Of a stretch of DNA of 64,000 nt, positions 61,636 through 64,000 are shown piece after piece. The stretch lies in NCBI RefSeq assembly GCF_009914755.1, contig NC_060945.1. The stretch is one strand, 5' to 3'. The stretch is from the human T2T-CHM13v2.0 reference genome, Homo sapiens. A model generated the notes under the pieces. The model made no database searches and was not told where the DNA came from. It saw nothing but the letters and a program-made list of their open reading frames with translations. Position 1 is the first letter of the stretch. The number at the start of each line of letters is the position of its first letter. The position numbers and the translations under genes were made by a program.

Positions 61636-64000
61636 CTGGTCCAGGTCTGGTAGGTATAGTATCAAAGTTGAGTTAAATGTGTAAAAAGGAAACTATTTGA
61701 GATACATTGACATAGGCATCAGCAATCTCTGAAAGTAAAAATTGGAGGTTTAACAGATCATTTTGATTTTTCACATTGATTTTTTTATTTGAATGTTTAC
61801 ATAATTTTGTGATTCAAAATGCTCATATTTTAGTTGGTAGCATTTCGACTGGATGTGAGGGTCTGATGGTTTTCTCTGATATGCTTTGACGTGCTTGGAT
61901 GAAGGAAGGAATACGAATACTCATTCTTCCTTCCCTAACTCCTCGTACGGGGCCATATCAGAATTCTAGAATTCTTGCCACTGTGATTCAATTGCTAACC
62001 TAAAGTCTTCTCTTTTTACAAATTCACCTGCTTCAGTATATATTAAGGTGGCTTTCGAGAGGCAAGATGCTTATTTAAAAGTTAAGCGTGAATCTGTAAA
62101 ATTAAGGTTGGTTGCGTAAAGTTGAAGTTAACCACATGTAAGAAAGGAAAACTTCCATTAGTTTTCTTCTTAGGGTGTGAGAATTTTACCTAGGCACATG
62201 GATATTGGGCTGAAAAAAAAAAACCGACATTTTTATTTAAAACTACATGTAAAAAATCATGAAGGATTCAGTAATTATGTTAGGCTCACAAGTGACCATT
62301 GAGTTTGCCCCTGTACTGCTTCCCAGCTTTTGTGGTGTTGAACTTTTCTGTTCTTCCAATAGGGAGATACATAATCAAAATACACACGAAGACGAGATAG
62401 CAGGCACTCAGTTCTAGGCCAGTTTCTCAGTTTCCTTTGGGCCTGCCTTTATTTTGATAGTCGCAGAATGCAGGTTCAGATGCGATCCGGTGCATTCTGG
62501 GTGGTATCCCCATAGACAGAATACAAGTTCAAGACTCATTTTTATGTCCATTTTTATAGTGGTAGACTGTATGTAATAGACCAGATGGTTCATTCCAAAT
62601 ACATGACTTGGTCTTACTGCTATATATGAAGGAAGTTTGAAAATGTAATGGGGACAAAAGCCGTGCGTGACTTCGGTATACCCAGACTTCATTCAGATTT
62701 CTTAAAAATCTGCTAGGGATGTCTGTTGACCAGACGTTGGAAAACCTTTGGTGTCAGGGAGAGTAGAGGAGAAGTTCTGATTTTCATAACCCTGGTTTCT
62801 TATCTAGGCCTGTTTCCTTGCGTGAAAACATACATCACCAAGTAATTTGTAGTACAAAGAACAAGAGAAGAAACCCTAAGAAGATAGCTTATTTGTTATC
62901 CTCCCTTTTAATGACTAACCTTAATCCAAATGAATCCACTGAGAACCAGCCTGTGGATGCCTACTGGGCTTTCACCCTGGACCAGGAATTTTTGACGTAT
63001 GCCTGTGTTGAAGGCACTGGATGCTTGTTTTGTGGAAGACATGTTCATTGAGGTAAGTGGCTCATCGCTTGGTGTGTTTGGCTCTCTTTGGCATTATGCA
63101 TAGCCAAGGTCCCAGATTTTGGCTGCTCTCAGTGGGTGTTCTTGCATCAGAACTTTAAAAAAAATAACACTACCTTAACACTGAGACTGTCAGGTATTTG
63201 TCAGTATTTATTTCTAATTTCCTACTTTAAATCTTAGGAGACAAAGTGTTTCTCCAACTGGACGCTGATTTGAAACACAACTAGAATGCTACAGGTCTCT
63301 CTTCCAGTATGCAGCTGCTGTACCTGAAAATTTTTCCCCATAATTTCCCATCTTTAGGGTATGTCCCTGTTATCAGGTGTGGAATTAATGTGGGTAAATT
63401 TCCATTTCAGTTGAATTTCCTGTCATCCCCAGCAAAACCTGTGAATCCTTCTTCAAAGCATAGAGGAGGCAGAGACAAGTCTTAAACCGGCTTCCCTTCG
63501 CTTTTACCAGGTAGCCTGGTTCAGTCCCAGCTGGGTCCTGAAGGAGCACAGTACTAGAGCCTGAGTCATGTTGACTATTAATAAAGTGCATTAAGTTTGG
63601 GTCAGGCAAAGTGGTGGCAAAAGTTCATGATGCAGGACAGAGGAAACAAGTGGACAAGACAAGTGGAGCCCAGCTCTGTTCGCATGGGAGGCCGGGCGAT
63701 GCTGGCATGGGTGTGGTTGGCCGAGTTCTCATAGCTAGAGAAAGGCCGTGTAGGTATAAGTGCTTAATGTTTCATCTGTCTGAAAGACCAGCTATTTGAT
63801 AATCTTCCCGATTAAATTTCTAAAATTGCTACTTTGGGAATTTTTTTCTTTATTCTTGTAAAGTTTTGCTTCCATTATATACTCATTCATTAGTCAGTGT
63901 ACTTGCCCCTGAATTCCATATCTGAAACTGCAGTCACGGGAGATTCAGAGCCAAGGGCAAAATAAAGTGGCAGGCACTGGGTGTGTGTGGTAGTTCTGCA

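Larger units (their letters stand above)
58915..61655 (+). other. DYRK1A: DYRK1A 3' UTR (proximal form; longer forms may extend further)
   Basis: Follows the stop codon; U-rich, no recognisable interspersed repeats; 3' end inferred from ATTAAA at 61630. Confidence 0.75.

Overview
Human (primate) genomic DNA covering most of DYRK1A (dual-specificity tyrosine-phosphorylation-regulated kinase 1A, chr21) on the + strand. The ATG exon (MHT-G, 10 coding nt) lies upstream of the window. Positions 1-19045 are the distal part of a long intron. Ten coding exons follow at 19046-58914, all with AG/GT boundaries; they sum to 2282 nt, which with the missing 10 nt gives 763 aa plus stop. A long 3' UTR and downstream flank complete the window. 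Alternative splice outcomes giving 754, 584 and 529 aa can be derived directly from the sequence. Introns carry Alu, old L1, L2, MIR, MER11 and MST/MLT LTRs, Tigger/MER/MADE DNA elements and microsatellites. Almost all ORF-track entries outside these exons are repeat-derived or random. I found no convincing new gene system. The most unusual unexplained signals are: (1) a recurring pattern of short 16-35 nt local copies next to fold-back palindromes, resembling templated-insertion repair scars; (2) a perfectly symmetric MADE1/miR-548-like hairpin just after a kinase exon; (3) candidate poison/NMD-linked exons in a dosage-sensitive gene; (4) a canonical G-quadruplex motif with a competing C-tract in the 3' UTR; (5) a well-defined exon-like unit downstream of the poly(A) signals. 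Repeat subfamily calls and boundaries are by eye and approximate.
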